From Lingula anatina (taxonomy: Eukaryota > Animalia > Brachiopoda): a DNA stretch of 64,000 nucleotides. Both the position numbers and the translations under genes were made by a program. Shown here in pieces: positions 1 to 14,287 of this stretch. The notes below the pieces were generated by a model, which saw only the letters and a program-made list of their open reading frames with translations, ran no database searches and was not told the DNA's origin. How positions within the stretch are numbered: the first letter of the stretch is position 1; every line of letters starts with the position of its first letter. The stretch spans positions 4,596,954-4,660,953 of the forward strand of contig CM120644.1 of the NCBI GenBank assembly GCA_051362555.1. The letters run 5' to 3'.

Positions 1-2137
1 ATCGTTGAATAAGACAAAATGTAGAATGGTGGAAAATGTCGGATTCATATATAAACTGTTTTTTTTTTTCTTTACAGCATGAGTAGACCACACAAGAAGA
101 CCAGCAATCAGTTCGATAAATCAAGCTAATAACACGTTCCTTAATATGATAATAGATATAATTGGCGAACAGCTCTGACCTATGCGGAAATCCCTTTAAC
201 GACTAGAAACAAAACCGTGTACGCAGCAAAAATATGAGAATGATAAAACACGAAGGAAGAGCTCAACGACTACGAGCTCAAACTTTTTCATTCCATCGTC
301 TGTTTTTCCGCTGTATTGGACATCTGAAATGCAATTTATGTCACGGTGGTCGCTCAATTAGATACATAATTCCTTTTATGCTTACAGAACGCCAAATTAT
401 GTTAAACCCAATCTTTTCATCAGAGAAAGCTTGGCTTGCAATTAACGATCACGATGCACTGTGTACATTTTTTTGTTTAATATAACCAAATAGTATGATG
501 ATCTTACCTAAGCTCGACAAAAAGTCGAACTGAACGTGTTTTTAAAATCTTACACTCTGTCCCTTTACCCTCCCCCCCTCCCCAATTATATTTGTCCAAC
601 ATTTGCCTTGGATATTTTAAATACTTAAAAGTAATTGACCTCTTGCCTATATTACTGATAATGTGCTAGAGGCATTTATATAATTCATGATAAAAGGGGC
701 CCGAGTTTAGTATCAATAATCCCTCAAATACGTTTTTGCGTTCATTTTTAAAATCAGTTTTAAGTCACATGAGCCACCGTGTTAAGTTTTGATATTGCTT
801 TCAAATGTGATAATTTCCTGTCCTTAAATATCTCCCTTACCCCCCCCCCCCTGCTTTAAACCCTCTGTCGTCCCCTTTTTTTATCCTTTAATACGCCGGA
901 GAACGGATTATGTACGCAAGCTGGGTGTTTAACAAGTCTAGCGAACAGGTAAAAGAGACCCGGCCCGACAGTCGACATATTCCTGACGACTACCTTCACT
1001 GTTTTATATTCATCGGCAGGACCACTGCAATCTCTGTCCTCAAAACGTCTAGGAAGGTTACTCACTTACAACGCAAGGAGAGAACATGTGACCCCCACCC
1101 CTCTCTCCCACCCTTCTCCTCGCCACCCCCCCCCCCCCCCCCTCAATCTAGGCCCTGTCCACGTGCACTAAGCACGACAGAGAACTCTGTCAAAGAACGC
1201 TGCTCGTCCGTGGTAATCTCCCTCGGTACGCTACCTCTGCATTCTGAGTTCCCGGAAGGCGCTGTGAGGTTATAGACTTTAGGTTTCCGCTGACGAGGGT
1301 AATGTAAATCTTAGCACAATCTCTACGATCCATTGATGAGCAGAGAAAGTGTTAATTGATCCCTAACACAAGCGGAGATATCCGGCCGTGAATCGAAATG
1401 GAAAATAACGATCGGTTACTCGAGCGTTTCCGGGTGTCTGGGTCTTTTTACATTGTCGGAGGCAGCCTGTGTCTGAAAGTGGCGCGTCCGCTCGGGGAGG
1501 TGGACTGGGAGCGTTTTCAGGGCAAACCTATCACCCCCCAAGGTGGGGGTCACACGCCTGTGGTATGTCAACAATAACAAACGTGACATCTAGTTCATGA
1601 TCACAGAACCATTATGGGCACGTGTGGAAACCGATGTTATTTTTCCGTTGCATATCTTTTTTATATATATTTCATGTTATAAGATAAATCTTTTATTTTC
1701 TACACTTAATTGATGTGAATAGTGAATAGTGCTCAGTCTCAAAGCAGCACTCACTGAGGAAGGCCGCGCTGTGTAAGGTACAGCTTCAATTAAGTGTAGG
1801 AAATAAAAATTCCATTCTTATAACAATATCTTTTTAATATTTCAGTGTAAGAAACGTTGTGTAACTCAGCCTCCCGTTCATCTGTTATGTTAAATCCCAC
1901 CGTGAAAGATAAACAATATAACATGCTACTCTCAGTGCACATTTCTTTTACGATAAATCAGTCTAGGAGTAACCCGGTTGCTTTTTTGACAAAATCTATT
2001 TGTACAGAGTGGAGGCAGAAAAGTGAATTCACCCGAACTGGCTATAGTTTAACTGATGTCACCAAGGATCCCGATTGCTTATGCCGCGTTCGTATGCATG
2101 AAGACGGCCGCGTTCGTATGCAAGGTGACCAGATTAA

Positions 2138-2579
2138 CACCCCATTTCCATAGATTAGATCGACCTACTTTGGATCGACCTAACTCCCTGGGGGTTCGCG
2201 CTGAATAGCTGTCAGCCGGGCGGACACGAAAGTTAATTGCCCCTTACGGCTTGTAGTGGGCGGGGACGGACACTTAAGGGGGATTATCTGACGGTAGTCT
2301 GGTGAGACTCCCCGCGGTGATAGATCGATCTAAAGTTGTGGGAACAGACCCTTAGGGTGTATTCCCAGAGATTTAGATCGATCCAGGGATTAAGATTTAG
2401 ATCGACCTAACTCCCTGGGGGTTCACGCTAAATTGCAATCAGTCGAGCGCGCACCATAGTTAATTACCCCCTTACAGCTTTCAGTAGGCGGGAGAGACGC
2501 TTAAGCCGGCTAAGCTGTCAGTAATCTAGTGAGACTCCCCACAGGGATAGATCGATCTAAAATCTATGGAAATGGGGTC
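2138..2579. mobile_element. Composite (two-unit) MITE, PIF/Harbinger-like
   Basis: Terminal inverted repeats ACCCCATTTCCATAGAT...ATCTATGGAAATGGGGT flanked by TAA. Two similar internal units (about 2138-2352 and 2356-2579) share AGATCGAC/TCTAA and ACTCCCTGGGGGTTC motifs. A related copy lies at 11489-11736. Superfamily is inferred from the TWA flanks. Confidence 0.7.
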
Positions 2580-2580
2580 T

Positions 2581-5500
2581 AAGACTGGAGTGTTGACCAC
2601 TTCTAGACGGTTGTGTTGACCAGTTGTAGACACCTGTGTTGCACAGTTCTAGACGGTTGTGATGACCAGTTCTAGACGACTGTGTTGACCAGTTCTAGAC
2701 GACTGTGTTGACCAGATCGAGACAGTTGTGATGACCAGTTCTAGACGGCTGTGATGACCAGTTCTAGACGGCTATGATGACCAGTTCTAGACAGCTGTGA
2801 TGACCAATTCTAGACAGTTGTGATGACCAGTTCTAGACGACTGTGTTGACCAGTTCTAGACAGTTGTGATGACCAGTTCTAGATGGCTGTGATGACCAGT
2901 TCTAGACAGTTGTGATGACCAGTTCTAGACGACTGTGTTGACCAGTTCTAGACCACTGTGTTGACCAGTTCTAGACGACTGTGTTGACCAGTTCTAGACA
3001 GTTGTGATGACCAGTTCTAGATGGCTGTGATGACCAGTTCTAGACAGCTGTGATGACCAGTTCTAGACGACTGTGTTGACCAGTTGAAGTCGACTGTGTT
3101 GACCAGTTCTAAACGACTGTGAAGACCAGTTCTAGACGACTGTGTTGACCAGTTCTAGACGACTGTGTTGACCAGTTCCAGACGACTGTGTTGACCAGTT
3201 CTAGATGACTGTGATGACCAGTTCTAGACGGCTGTGATGACCAGTTCTAGTCAGTTGTATTGACCAGATCTAGACGACTGTGTTGACCAGTTCAAGACGA
3301 CTGTGTTAACCAGTTCTAGACAGTTGTGATGACCAGTTCTAGACGACTGTGTTGACCAGTTCAAGACGACTGTGATGACCAGTTCTAGACGACTGTGTTG
3401 ACCAGTTCCAGACAGTTGTGATGACCAGTTCTAGACGACTGTGTTGACCACTTCTAGACAGTTGTGTTGACCAGTTCTAGACGACTGTGTTGACCAGTTC
3501 TAGACGACTGTGATGACCAGTTCTAGACGACTGTGATGACCAGTTCTAGACGACTGTGTTGACCAGTACTAGACGACTGTGTTGACCAGTTCTAGACGAC
3601 TGTGTTGACCAGTTCTAGACGGCTGTGTTGACCAGTTCTAGACGACTGTGTTGACCAGTTCTAGACGACTGTGTTGAACAGTTCTAGACAGTTGTGATGA
3701 CCAGTTCTAGACGACTGTGTTGACCAGTTCTAGACGAATGTGTTGACCAGTTCTAGACAGTTGTGATGACCAGTTCTAGACAACTGTGTTGACCAGTTCT
3801 AGACGACTGTGTTGACCAGTTCTAGACGGCTGTGTTGATCAGTTCTAGACGACAGTGTTGACCAGTTCTAGACAGTTGTGATGACCAGTTCTAGATGACT
3901 GTGATGACCAGTTCTAGACGGCTGTGATGACCAGTTCTAGACGACTGTGTTGACCAGTTCTAGACGACTGTGTTGACCAGTTCTAGACGACTGTTTTGAC
4001 CAGTTCTAGACGACTGTGTTGACCAGTTCTAGACAGTTGTGATGACCAGTTCTAGACGGCTGTGATGACCAGTTCTAGACGACTGTGTTGACCAGTTCTA
4101 GACGACTGTGTTGACCAGTTCTAGACGACTGTGTTGACCAGTTCTAGACGACTGTGTTGACCAGTTCTAGACAGTTATGATGACCAGTTCTAGATGACTG
4201 TGATGACCAGTTCTATACGGCTGTGTTGATCAGTTCTAGACGACAGTGTTGACCAGTTCTAGACAGTTGTGATGACCAGTTCTAGATGACTGTGATGACC
4301 AGTTCTATACGGCTGTGATGACCAATTCTAGACAGTTGTGATGACCAGTTCTAGACGACTGTGTTGACCAGTTCTAGACGACTGTGATGACCAGTTCTAG
4401 ACGGCTGTGTTGATCAGTTCTAGACGACAGTGTTGACCAGTTCTAGACAGTTGTGATGACCAGTTCTAGATGACTGTGATGACCAGTTCTATACAGCTGT
4501 GTTGATCAGTTCTAGACGACAGTGTTGACCAGTTCTAGACAGTTGTGATGACCAGTTCTAGATGACTGTGATGACCAGTTCTATACGGCTGTGATGACCA
4601 ATTCTAGACAGTTGTGATGACCAGTTCTAGACGACTGTGTTGACCAGTTCTAGACGACTGTGATGACCAGTTCTAGACGGCTGTGTTGATCAGTTCTAGA
4701 CGACAGTGTTGACCAGTTCTAGACAGTTGTGATGACCAGTTCTAGATGACTGTGATGACCAGTTCTATACGGCTGTGATGACCAGTTCTAGACAGTTGTG
4801 ATGACCAGTTCTAGACGACTGTGTTGACCAGTTCTAGACGACTGTGATGACCATTTCTAGACGACTGTGTTGACCAGTTCTAGACGACTGTGTTGACCAG
4901 TTCTAGACGGATTAGATGACCGGTTCTAGACGTCTGTGTTGACCAGTTCTAGACGGCTGTGATGATCAGTTCTAGACGACTGTGTTGACCACTTCTAGAC
5001 GCAGTGTTGACAAGTTCTAGACGGCTTAGATGACCAGTTCTAGACGTCTGTGTTGACCAGTACTAGACGGCTGTGTTGACCAGTTCTAGACAGTTGTGAT
5101 GACCATTTCTAGACGACTGTGTTGTTCAGTTCTAGACGACTGTGTTGACCAGTTCTAGACAGTTGTGATGACCAGTTCTAGACGACTGTGTTGTCCAGTT
5201 CTAGACGACTGTGTTGACCAGTTCTAGACGGATTAGATGATCGGTTCTAGACGTCTGTGTTGACCAGTTCTAGACGGCTGTGATGATCAGTTCTAGACGA
5301 CTGTGTTGACCACATCTAGACGCAGTGTTGACAAGTTCTAGACGGCTTAGATGACCAGTTCTAGACGTCTGTGTTGACCAGTACTAGACGGCTGTGATGA
5401 CCAGTTCTAGACGACTGTGTTGACCAGTTCTAGACAGTTGTGATGACCAGTTCTAGACGACTGTGTTGTCCAGTTCTAGACGACTGTGTTGACCAGTTCT

Positions 5501-6279
5501 AGACGGCTGTGATGACCAGTTCTAGACAGTTGTGATGACCAGTTCTAGACGACTGTGTTGACCAGTTCTAGACGACTGTGTTGACCAGTTCTAGACGGCT
5601 GTGATGATCAGTTCTAGACGACTGTGTTGACCACTTCTAGACGCAGTGTTGACCAGTTCTAGACGGCTTAGATGACCAGTTCTAGACGTCTGTGTTGACC
5701 ACTTCTAGACGCCGTGTTGACCAGTTCTAGACAACTGTGTTGACCAGTTCTAGATGTCTGTGTTGACCAGTTCTAGACGGCTGTGATGACCAGTTCTAGA
5801 CGGCTGTGATGACTAGTTCTAGACGGCTGTGATGATCAGTTCTAGACGACTGTGTTGACCACTTCTAGACGCAGTGTTGACCAGTTCTAGACGGCTTAGA
5901 TGACCAGTTCTAGACGTCTGTGTTGACCACTTCTAGACGCCGTGTTGACCAGTTCTAGACAACTGTGTTGACCAGTTCTAGATGTCTGTGTTGACCAGTT
6001 CTAGACGGCTGTGATGACCAGTTCTAGACGGCTGTGATGACTAGTTCTAGACGGCTGTGATGACCAATTCTAGACGCAGTGTTGACCAGTTCTAGACAAC
6101 TGTGTTGACCAGTTCTAGACGACTGTGTTGACCAGTTCTAGATGGCTGTGATGACCAGTTCTAGACGGCTGTGATGACCAGTTCTAGACGACTGTGATGA
6201 CCAGTTCTAGACGACTGTGATGACCAGTTCTAGACGGCTGTGATGACCAGTTCTAGATGACTGTGTTGACCAGTTCTAG
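2581..6279. repeat. 23-bp tandem satellite (consensus GACTGTGTTGACCAGTTCTAGAC), about 160 copies
   Basis: Read directly. Most units contain TCTAGA. Variation is largely confined to GAC/GGC/AGT and GTT/GAT positions, and there are no unique spacers. Confidence 0.97.
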
Positions 6280-6309
6280 GTGGCACGTGACCGTTGTACG
6301 GTAGTAGAC

Positions 6310-6440
6310 TCACAGTCTGAACGTCCAATATGGCCGACCCACTTAAATACTTCCCCACGGGGAATCTATTCTGTGTCTATATATTAGCGGATTAGACGGC
6401 AAGCTTTGTAGTGGGTCGCCATATTTGACCCTCAGATTAG
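6310..6440. mobile_element. Degenerate small inverted-repeat element (MITE remnant)
   Basis: AATATGGCCGACCCACT ... AGTGGGTCGCCATATT imperfect inverted repeat. Confidence 0.35.
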
Positions 6441-9405
6441 TTAGTCCACTTTTCTGAATGCGGCCATTTTGTCCGAATGTTGGCAAAACTTTTAAACCAA
6501 GAATAAACAGTTATAATAAGTGTAATATTTTATTTCTCATAAACCTCCTAAACCTGTCTGTTTTGTTATCCCATACCTCTGTACAACAAGCTATAAATAA
6601 CACATTTATGCCTCTCTCTCAAACCACAAATGCCTGAAGAAGTCTTGAAAAAAATTCTTTGAAAATGACACGCATTTCAATACAGGGAGTCAATGATCTA
6701 ATTACAACGCGTTGGAAATCGTCGCTTGCAGCTTCTGTCATCAAGGGTTTCAGCGGTTTTATGCCAATAACACCCTCAGTGAATGTCAAACCTTTCCTTG
6801 TAATCGCGAGAGCCCCACGGCGTGCCGTTGTGGGCAGACTTAAGTTGTTTTCAGCCCGCGGGAGGTACGCTGGGTGACGGGAGAGGTGTCCTAATTGCCC
6901 GCTGGGACACCTGTGCCTTCACTTTAAGGCCATGTAATGTAGACATACTCGGCGTAGCCCATAGCTCCTTACGATTAAAAAAAAGCGGACGCACAATTCC
7001 AACGCACGGCGCCCGTGAAAATGTAATCTAGGCTTTAATGAGAATATTTGAGCCTTCCCACATCTTATATTTACTATAATAATATAAAAAGACTAGGTTA
7101 TGTTAAAAAAAATTTGGCTAAAAGGCTATCTCAGAGAGAAAGTAAAAAGAGGAATATGTAAGACGCTACTTTTTATCTTCCTCTTGGTTTCATGCAGGTT
7201 TGCAAAGGGAAAAAAGTATTCGAAATCTTGAAAAGGAAACGACGAAAGGTAACACACGAACGCAAGCATACACACACGCGCGCGCACAAGCACACACATT
7301 TACAGACACTTGTAAAGACTCGACTCCCTTAAATAATGCAACAGAATTTGAAAGCGTGCGGCTTCGACCCACGCGCGTCTTACGTAGCACGTCAGTGTCC
7401 GTAACTAACGCGCTGGACAGGGTCTCGGTGACACGGGTGCGTTGACTGACCGGGGTGACGGCTTGGATGGTTACCTGCCTGGCTCGTGCCTCGCCTGATT
7501 ATCCTTTATTAATTATTATCGCTATTCCGCGTACGGCTCATCTTATGTGCGATGCTAACGCAGCGTGCACGGGGAGTAATTAGGCGAAGCCAGGGAGAGA
7601 ATCGGTGCCGCCGTGCACCATCTCGCGCTATTGCTCCGCTGGCGTACGCAAGTTCGGTGCACCGGTTGGTGTGATCTGCATCTCCTGTACGTATAGAACT
7701 GGAGTCACTGGGTTCAAAACTTGACCAGGTTGACGCTGATCCCTGTGGAATTGGCGCATTCAGTCGCTGTAACCTTGAAAAGCTGATGCGAGCCGGGCGA
7801 GGAAGCCCGCGCCGGAGGCAGGTGACATGTCCGTGCACCGTGTTAAACAGTTCACTTTCATTGTCAGCTTCTCGTGCGGATAAATGCGGTGGTAACCGAT
7901 CCCCCACGTCTCCCTCTTTTACTCCGTGACCGCAGGTATGTTGGTTCGCCTCCTCTGACAGTTCTACCTCGATGTTGTTACTTGCTTGGTTACGTAACCG
8001 GGCATCGCTTTCTGCGCCGTATAAAGAGCTGATGACGCAAAGACATTTTTTGTTGTTGGGAGGGTTAAATGTCACGAAGTGCAACAGGCCCTTTTTGAAA
8101 ATATGAATTAAATAGAGATCAATGGCAAGTTGATAGATTTAACGATTAAGCGAAGAAAATATTTTGAATGTAACCGGCATATATCTCCTGCATTAACGAC
8201 ATATCAAAAACCGCACCCTGAATGAAATAACAGAGATAGGAGTTGAACACGTTTAACCAATATTTCTAGGCACGTAACCCCTCTGGGTAAAATTTATCTG
8301 GGTACATGGAGATTTCAAGGTAAAAGGCCCACTTTTTCAGAAATAACCCCCCCTTTTGAAATTGCTAGCCACGGGCCTGCTTTCGAATAACAAAAGAAGT
8401 CGCAAAGAATACGAAAATTTTAACCTCGATTTTACTCCTAAGTTTACAGTCAGCCATACAACGAGCTTTAATTTCCTCGCCGTTTGAAAATGGGATTAAG
8501 ATCTGTTTAATAAAATACAAAAGATAGAATGGCAACTAGCTGTAGTCAGAGTTGATGTATTTTCATTGAATTATATGACCAAATCCCTTACTCAGATACA
8601 TGGACAGAAGACAAGCAGAGTGAGACAGACAGACAGACAGATCCAGAAAACTAAGAGGAGCAGAGCGTCTGATATCAACCAGACGACACACAGCTTATTT
8701 CCACTGCCACTATCGGTCTCCGAAGACAGATTCAACTGGATGCATTGGAATAACAGATCAACCGCTTGTTTCCATTTTATTCGTATAATCACCAGCTTTT
8801 CCGTATTCTACAAAACGCCAGGAGGAGGTGTAGCAATCTCGGTAATCTGTTAAACTGATTGCATTAAGCAAGAGTACCCACGGAGTTGGATCGATATACG
8901 TAGAAGGTAAACGATAGTTTCATTGAGAATGAGGCCAGAGATCCCGAGCTCGCATGCTGCGCCTATGACCAAACGTGTGCATCTAAATCCGTAGGATTCC
9001 GTGCGATTTCGCACGGCCACCGTCTAACTCCGCTCAGACGCCGTACAAAAAGGGTACTACGGGCAGTATACGTGCACCGTACATTTCAAATGTAATCAAG
9101 GCTTAATAGAGGTATTTCCCAGGAAGAATCTGAAGCTGAACACGTCATAGCCAGGTTAATATTGAATGCGTTCGTAAAAAAGAACACATTTGAAATAAGT
9201 CTAGCATGACAAACGCTTATGATACAAGGAGGAGGGTAGCAGTGTCAAGACATTAATGTTAAATTGTGATTAAAAACGGGTCATATTATAATACGAATAT
9301 TTGGAGAGGAAATGACAATACTATTGTCATTTCCTCTCCAAATATTCGTCACACATACACTTTGGCGTATATCAGGGTCACTTCTTGTATCATTACAAAA
9401 AAAAA

Positions 9406-9636
9406 GCTCATTCCCAATGACACTATCGGTCTACGTAGATCGATCCAACACCACGGGGACTCTCGCTGAGTGCAATCAGATTAAGTGAATGACACGTGAC
9501 ACGATCTTCCTGGCATTGAGTAGAATGCAGAAAGGCGATTACACGAGTACGTTGGAAACAAGCGTAGATGCGTGTTAAACTGATTCAACGGAGTTGAATC
9601 GATCTACGTAGACCGATAGTGTCATTGGGAATGAGC
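9406..9636. mobile_element. MITE with about 40-bp TIRs
   Basis: GCTCATTCCCAATGACACTATCGGTCTACGTAGATCGAT ... ATCGATCTACGTAGACCGATAGTGTCATTGGGAATGAGC. Degenerate relatives lie near 8870-8935 and 44258-44340. Confidence 0.8.
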
Positions 9637-9898
9637 CCAAAGAGATTTGTCTCAGTTATTTAGTTGGCATGTTTAAGCTCAACAGCAGTTCTGTTGAGTT
9701 TATAGGGAGTGAAAACAATAAATCGTTTTGTGACCGGGACGGCACTGCGTTAGAAACTGTATTTCAATTCGAACCACTTCGTACAGGTGACAATAGTCCC
9801 ATATACAATATACCTGCAGGGTTTCGCCTCACCCTTAACTGTTTAAATAATATTGGACTTCTGTGCCATGGACTACCAATGCTGTCATTGGGCAAGGA

Positions 9899-9956
9899 AC
9901 AACAATAATAACAACAACAACAACAACAACAACAATAATAATAATAATAATAATAA
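9899..9956. repeat. (AAC)n(AAT)n microsatellite
   Basis: Read directly. Confidence 0.85.
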
Positions 9957-11488
9957 ATTCAGAGCTTAGAATCCATTAAATGTTCCACAGTTTTTACAAA
10001 CTAAAATAAGGAAATCATGGGTGGTATACAGAGTGGTTTACTTCAGTATCTTACAGCAATTGTCCTGAAGTAAACGAGTTAATTGCTCCATTAGTGATGC
10101 TAGAGAAGAACGCCGTGCTTGTGATAAAAAGAAGTTATAATAAATGTTATGGTTAAAATCATACATCAATTTCCTTTAAAAACACGACGTATCCATTTTA
10201 ATCTAGATAGGGTATCTTAAAGACCAAAATAGCCATGCATTTGAAATACAAACAAAACATTGCTGTGTGGTGTCATTTAAAACCACTTCCGTTGCCACGC
10301 GTGTTTAACTGTCGTTAAACGTTTATTTACCAAAACAGTGTTTTAAAAAACATTTATCCACACCACTGTTACCGGTAACATTAAGAATATCATTAGATCC
10401 GATGAACCCACGCACTACTGGTATATCTAGTTATCTCGTGTCGAAACCTCGATCAAAGATACGCTAACTGCTCCTACCCTGCGCTCTTTCATGTGGTAAA
10501 AATGAAATCAATGTCACGAAAAACAGCAGTTTCACCGTGTTTAATGAATCAATTGTAGGCTGAAGGGTCCTTTATGTGGCTTTGAGCCATTAGGCATAAT
10601 CAGGAGAGGAAAAAGTGCGGGGTAATTTTCTCACGATTTGATTTGACTTTAACACTATACTCTTTTATAAGCTGCGTAGTAAAACGTCAGTTATTGTTTG
10701 GTATAAAACAAAGTTAGCAGTCTTCTGAAAGACCCACGGATGCGTGACCGGGCCTCTTTGGGATTCCGGTGTCCTTTTTTTGACAAACATAAAAGCAACG
10801 TTCGTACTCCTCAATTCTATTTATTTACCACAATGCCCTTTTGAAGATTTCCCTATTTTCAAACCACTATTGAACATCCCATCCTCTTCCATAATAACAT
10901 CTCATCATTCTGAAATATTTCATATGCATCAACAAGAAAATATTTTATAATTAGATTTAAACAGCTTAGTTCATTGCTTAAAAAATATGTAGAACTCGGG
11001 ATACGATGCCCGTTCATCTTCTGCCACCGCGGTTCACTGATGTGCTGCCACCTCGCGGGCTTGAGAAGCACTAAAATTCAGCAGACGGTATACGGCCATG
11101 TTACGAAAATAGTGATTATAGGAAGTGTAAATTGAAATGATAAACATGATTAATCAATCTGCCAAATCTTCATTCAAAAACAATTATGTAATTTTCACCA
11201 ACTTTTTGTTGCCTTGAGTAGCCTATGTCAGTAAATTCTGAACACACAGCCGTCAAAATAACGAACAAAGATTAGAATGATAAAAACATGAACGTGAAAC
11301 TTCGTGGTACTCATAACACTGTACAACCCGCAACGACTGATGCACAAAACCAGACGTTTGGCTGGCTTAACCTGTCCTCGCATTTTTTAACGGAGCAGCA
11401 TAACTTTACTGCCTGTTTGGTATTTCTTACTGAGTGGCCACCATCAGCTTTTAGTCACTACGATTTAACCTGTCCTCTTACTGTCTTA

Positions 11489-11736
11489 GACGGCATTCCC
11501 ACAAATTTAGATCCATCCATCTGGAACGTCCTAACTCCCTGAGGGTTCACGCTAAATTGCTGTCAGCTCAAGCGACTTAAATGTCTGTCACGCCTACTGA
11601 ATCAGCTAGGGTAAAGATAATTACCCCCTAACAGCTTTACTAGGCGTGACAGACACTTAAGCCGGCCAAGTTGACAGGAATTTAGTGAGACTCCCCAGGG
11701 CGATAGATCGATCTAAATATCTGTGGGAATGGTCTC
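11489..11736. mobile_element. MITE, same family as 2138-2579
   Basis: CATTCCCACAAATTTAGATC ... GATCTAAATATCTGTGGGAATG with TTA on both flanks. Internal sequence aligns with 2360-2579. Confidence 0.75.
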
Positions 11737-12091
11737 TTAGGCAACAGGTGGCCATAATCATAACTGAGACAGTTTCCGTGGTCACCCATGGCTGCTTTGA
11801 AAACATGCTCATGCAGTAAGGCCTTGCGAACTATAACACGCTACATCTAACAAATGTTTAAAAAATGTTGCCGCTGAATGAAAAAATGAATGAGAGCGTT
11901 TAAGAAATGTGAGTCCCAATTCACAGGCTGTGTCCAATAATGATCATTCTTGGAGGTAGTAACAGTCTGTTGACAGTGATAAATGTCTTTGACGTTCTAA
12001 TATGCTACACACCATTCATTCATTTGGCAGACGTCTATCTACAAGTAAAATATTGCCAATCGTTATCAAATCTCGAAGAAACTTGGTAACG

Positions 12092-12368
12092 CAGGGGCGG
12101 ATCCAGGATTTTTTGAAGGGGGGTCTGCGGATGCGAGGCCGATCCTCCCCCCCCCCTCCCAACACTTGGCGTTGGGTTCGGGGCCCGCCGAAGGGCCCAA
12201 AAAACATTGGTATTTTAGAGGGCGAGTGGTGCCATTTGGTACAGTTTAGAACTATGATTCGGCTAGTCAAAATTCAAATTTCAAGAGGGATCCAGAAATC
12301 GAAGGGAGGGGGGGTGGAGGGGGTCAGGACCCCCTGACCCCCCCCCCCCCCCTCTAACTCTGCCACTG
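12092..12368. mobile_element. hAT-like MITE with 5-bp TSD
   Basis: Ends CAGGGGCGGATCCAG ... CTAACTCTGCCACTG. TAACG is duplicated at 12087-12091 and 12369-12373. Confidence 0.7.
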
Positions 12369-14287
12369 TAACGTGGGAGACGTCATGACTTACCGGTAGC
12401 ATCACTCCATGCAATTTGAAGTGATTACACCATTAATAAAAATTAAAAATAAAAAAGAGCATTTTTGCCCAGGTAACGATCGTCTTCTTTACACAAAAAC
12501 ACGCAAGCTATCAGATTCGGTCATGCTACTGTTGAGGTACAGTCTTTATGAACAAAAAATAAGAAAAAGTCGAGGGTAATTTTCATAATTTATTACTAAG
12601 CATCAATCAATCCCAGTTACAATTAAGTAGTCCGATTTAGTGAGAATACTAAAGTGTAAAGCTAAGTTAGTACATGTAAGTAACTAAGTACCAAATAGTA
12701 AGTGCATTCAAGACGTGTATCGTCAAAGAAAAATATACAATCATGTCATTATATTTAGATTACAAAAATGAATGATTTTCAAACTTCACCTTCAAATCAC
12801 CAATTTGGTAATTGTGTCAATGCTTGAAGAAATATCCTGTACATTCTGCTTCCCAGGGCCTTCCAAGCTTAGCTTATTAACAATGCTGAATTTGGTTATC
12901 TGCCCCTTAAGACTTAATATTAAGCATGAAAAACTTCAAGACAATTTTTAAATTGTATCTAAAAAGACACATCCGTTTAGTTTATCATAAATTCAGATAA
13001 GGCAAAAAATAATTTTACACAAAATATACACAAAGAAAATATTAATATGCCACTGATAGCAATTAATTATACTGAAATTATACAATTTTAGAACCCTTAT
13101 GCACAATAAACATGATCCTAGTGAAAATCAATAAGCTATGGGTTCATCCTTCAACAATTACCAATCCGCTGACATTTTTGTAATAATAATTATAATAATA
13201 TTTATTTTTTAAAAACTGCACTACACTACTACTAGCGCTGTTTACAAATAAAATTATCAGGATTACAACTAATTATATAGATAATAAAAGCTAAGGTTAA
13301 TAAAACTATTTAAACGATTAATGCTGGTTAAAATAGTAATGGTCTCAACAATAAAACTTTTTTCTGATAAAATGAGAAAATATATAGTTTAATGCATTAA
13401 ATTTTAATCGAAATACTGTGCAAATAAGAAAGTTTTCAAGTCTTTTTTAAAATCTTCAACACTATCAATAGTCCGAATGTGTGAGGCTCTATCATGAACC
13501 AAAAAAACTGACCACAAACAATTAAACATAGAGTTGCCTACAGGCCAAGTACATGTGAACTACAAGACCACAGATGTAACAAGCATAAAGTTGAACTGAA
13601 TGGACAGCTATATTTAAATAAAGATGTGTTGACCAATGGTCAGTCTTGCACACTGATACAGTCTGATATTTTTCTGTCAACGGAGTCCCGTGTGGAACAA
13701 ATCACAGTTGAACTTCCCAGCAGTGTATTAAATGATAAACATTATTCTTGAAGCGCATTGGTCTATTTCAACCTCCCTCCAAATTAATACTAATCAATAC
13801 CACATCTAGATGAAACTTGGAGTTTGAAGAAGTTGTGACCTTGTTCAGATTAGCCGATTGTACTTCATTACAATCAAAATTCAAAAAAAACTTTTTTTTA
13901 TTATTTTCAATGGGCTTTGCCCATGTTAATTTCAAAACACTGATTGTTTTTTTTTACAAAAAGACAGTAAACACCATCCTTATGGAAATCAATAGGGTTC
14001 ATCCTAGAGCAATTACCAATCTACTGCAATTTTTTTACAAACAAAATCTCTAAAAATGTGGCCCTGTTGTGAGACAAAACTTTGACCACAAATGAACAGA
14101 CCAATATACTTGGGAAAATTTTCTCACAAGTTACAAGAAGCCACAATCACTTTGAAATATTTTCACAGTAAAAACAGAACAACTGACATTACAAGAGTCA
14201 GATTGCCAACTGAGCCTCCTCAACAAAAGTTTCACACCACAAAGAGAGTACTGCACATGCTCACAAGTTACTGGAAAAGTCCTCTTC

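Noticed and set aside
2581-6279. CRISPR array or repeat-protein ORF
   Set aside because: The units are contiguous with no unique spacers, there are no cas genes and the context is eukaryotic. The 23-bp period brings TAG/TGA stops into every frame.
7509-8084. 191-aa minus-strand ORF
   Set aside because: It has a non-ATG start and no recognisable motif, and is expected by chance in a GC-rich patch.
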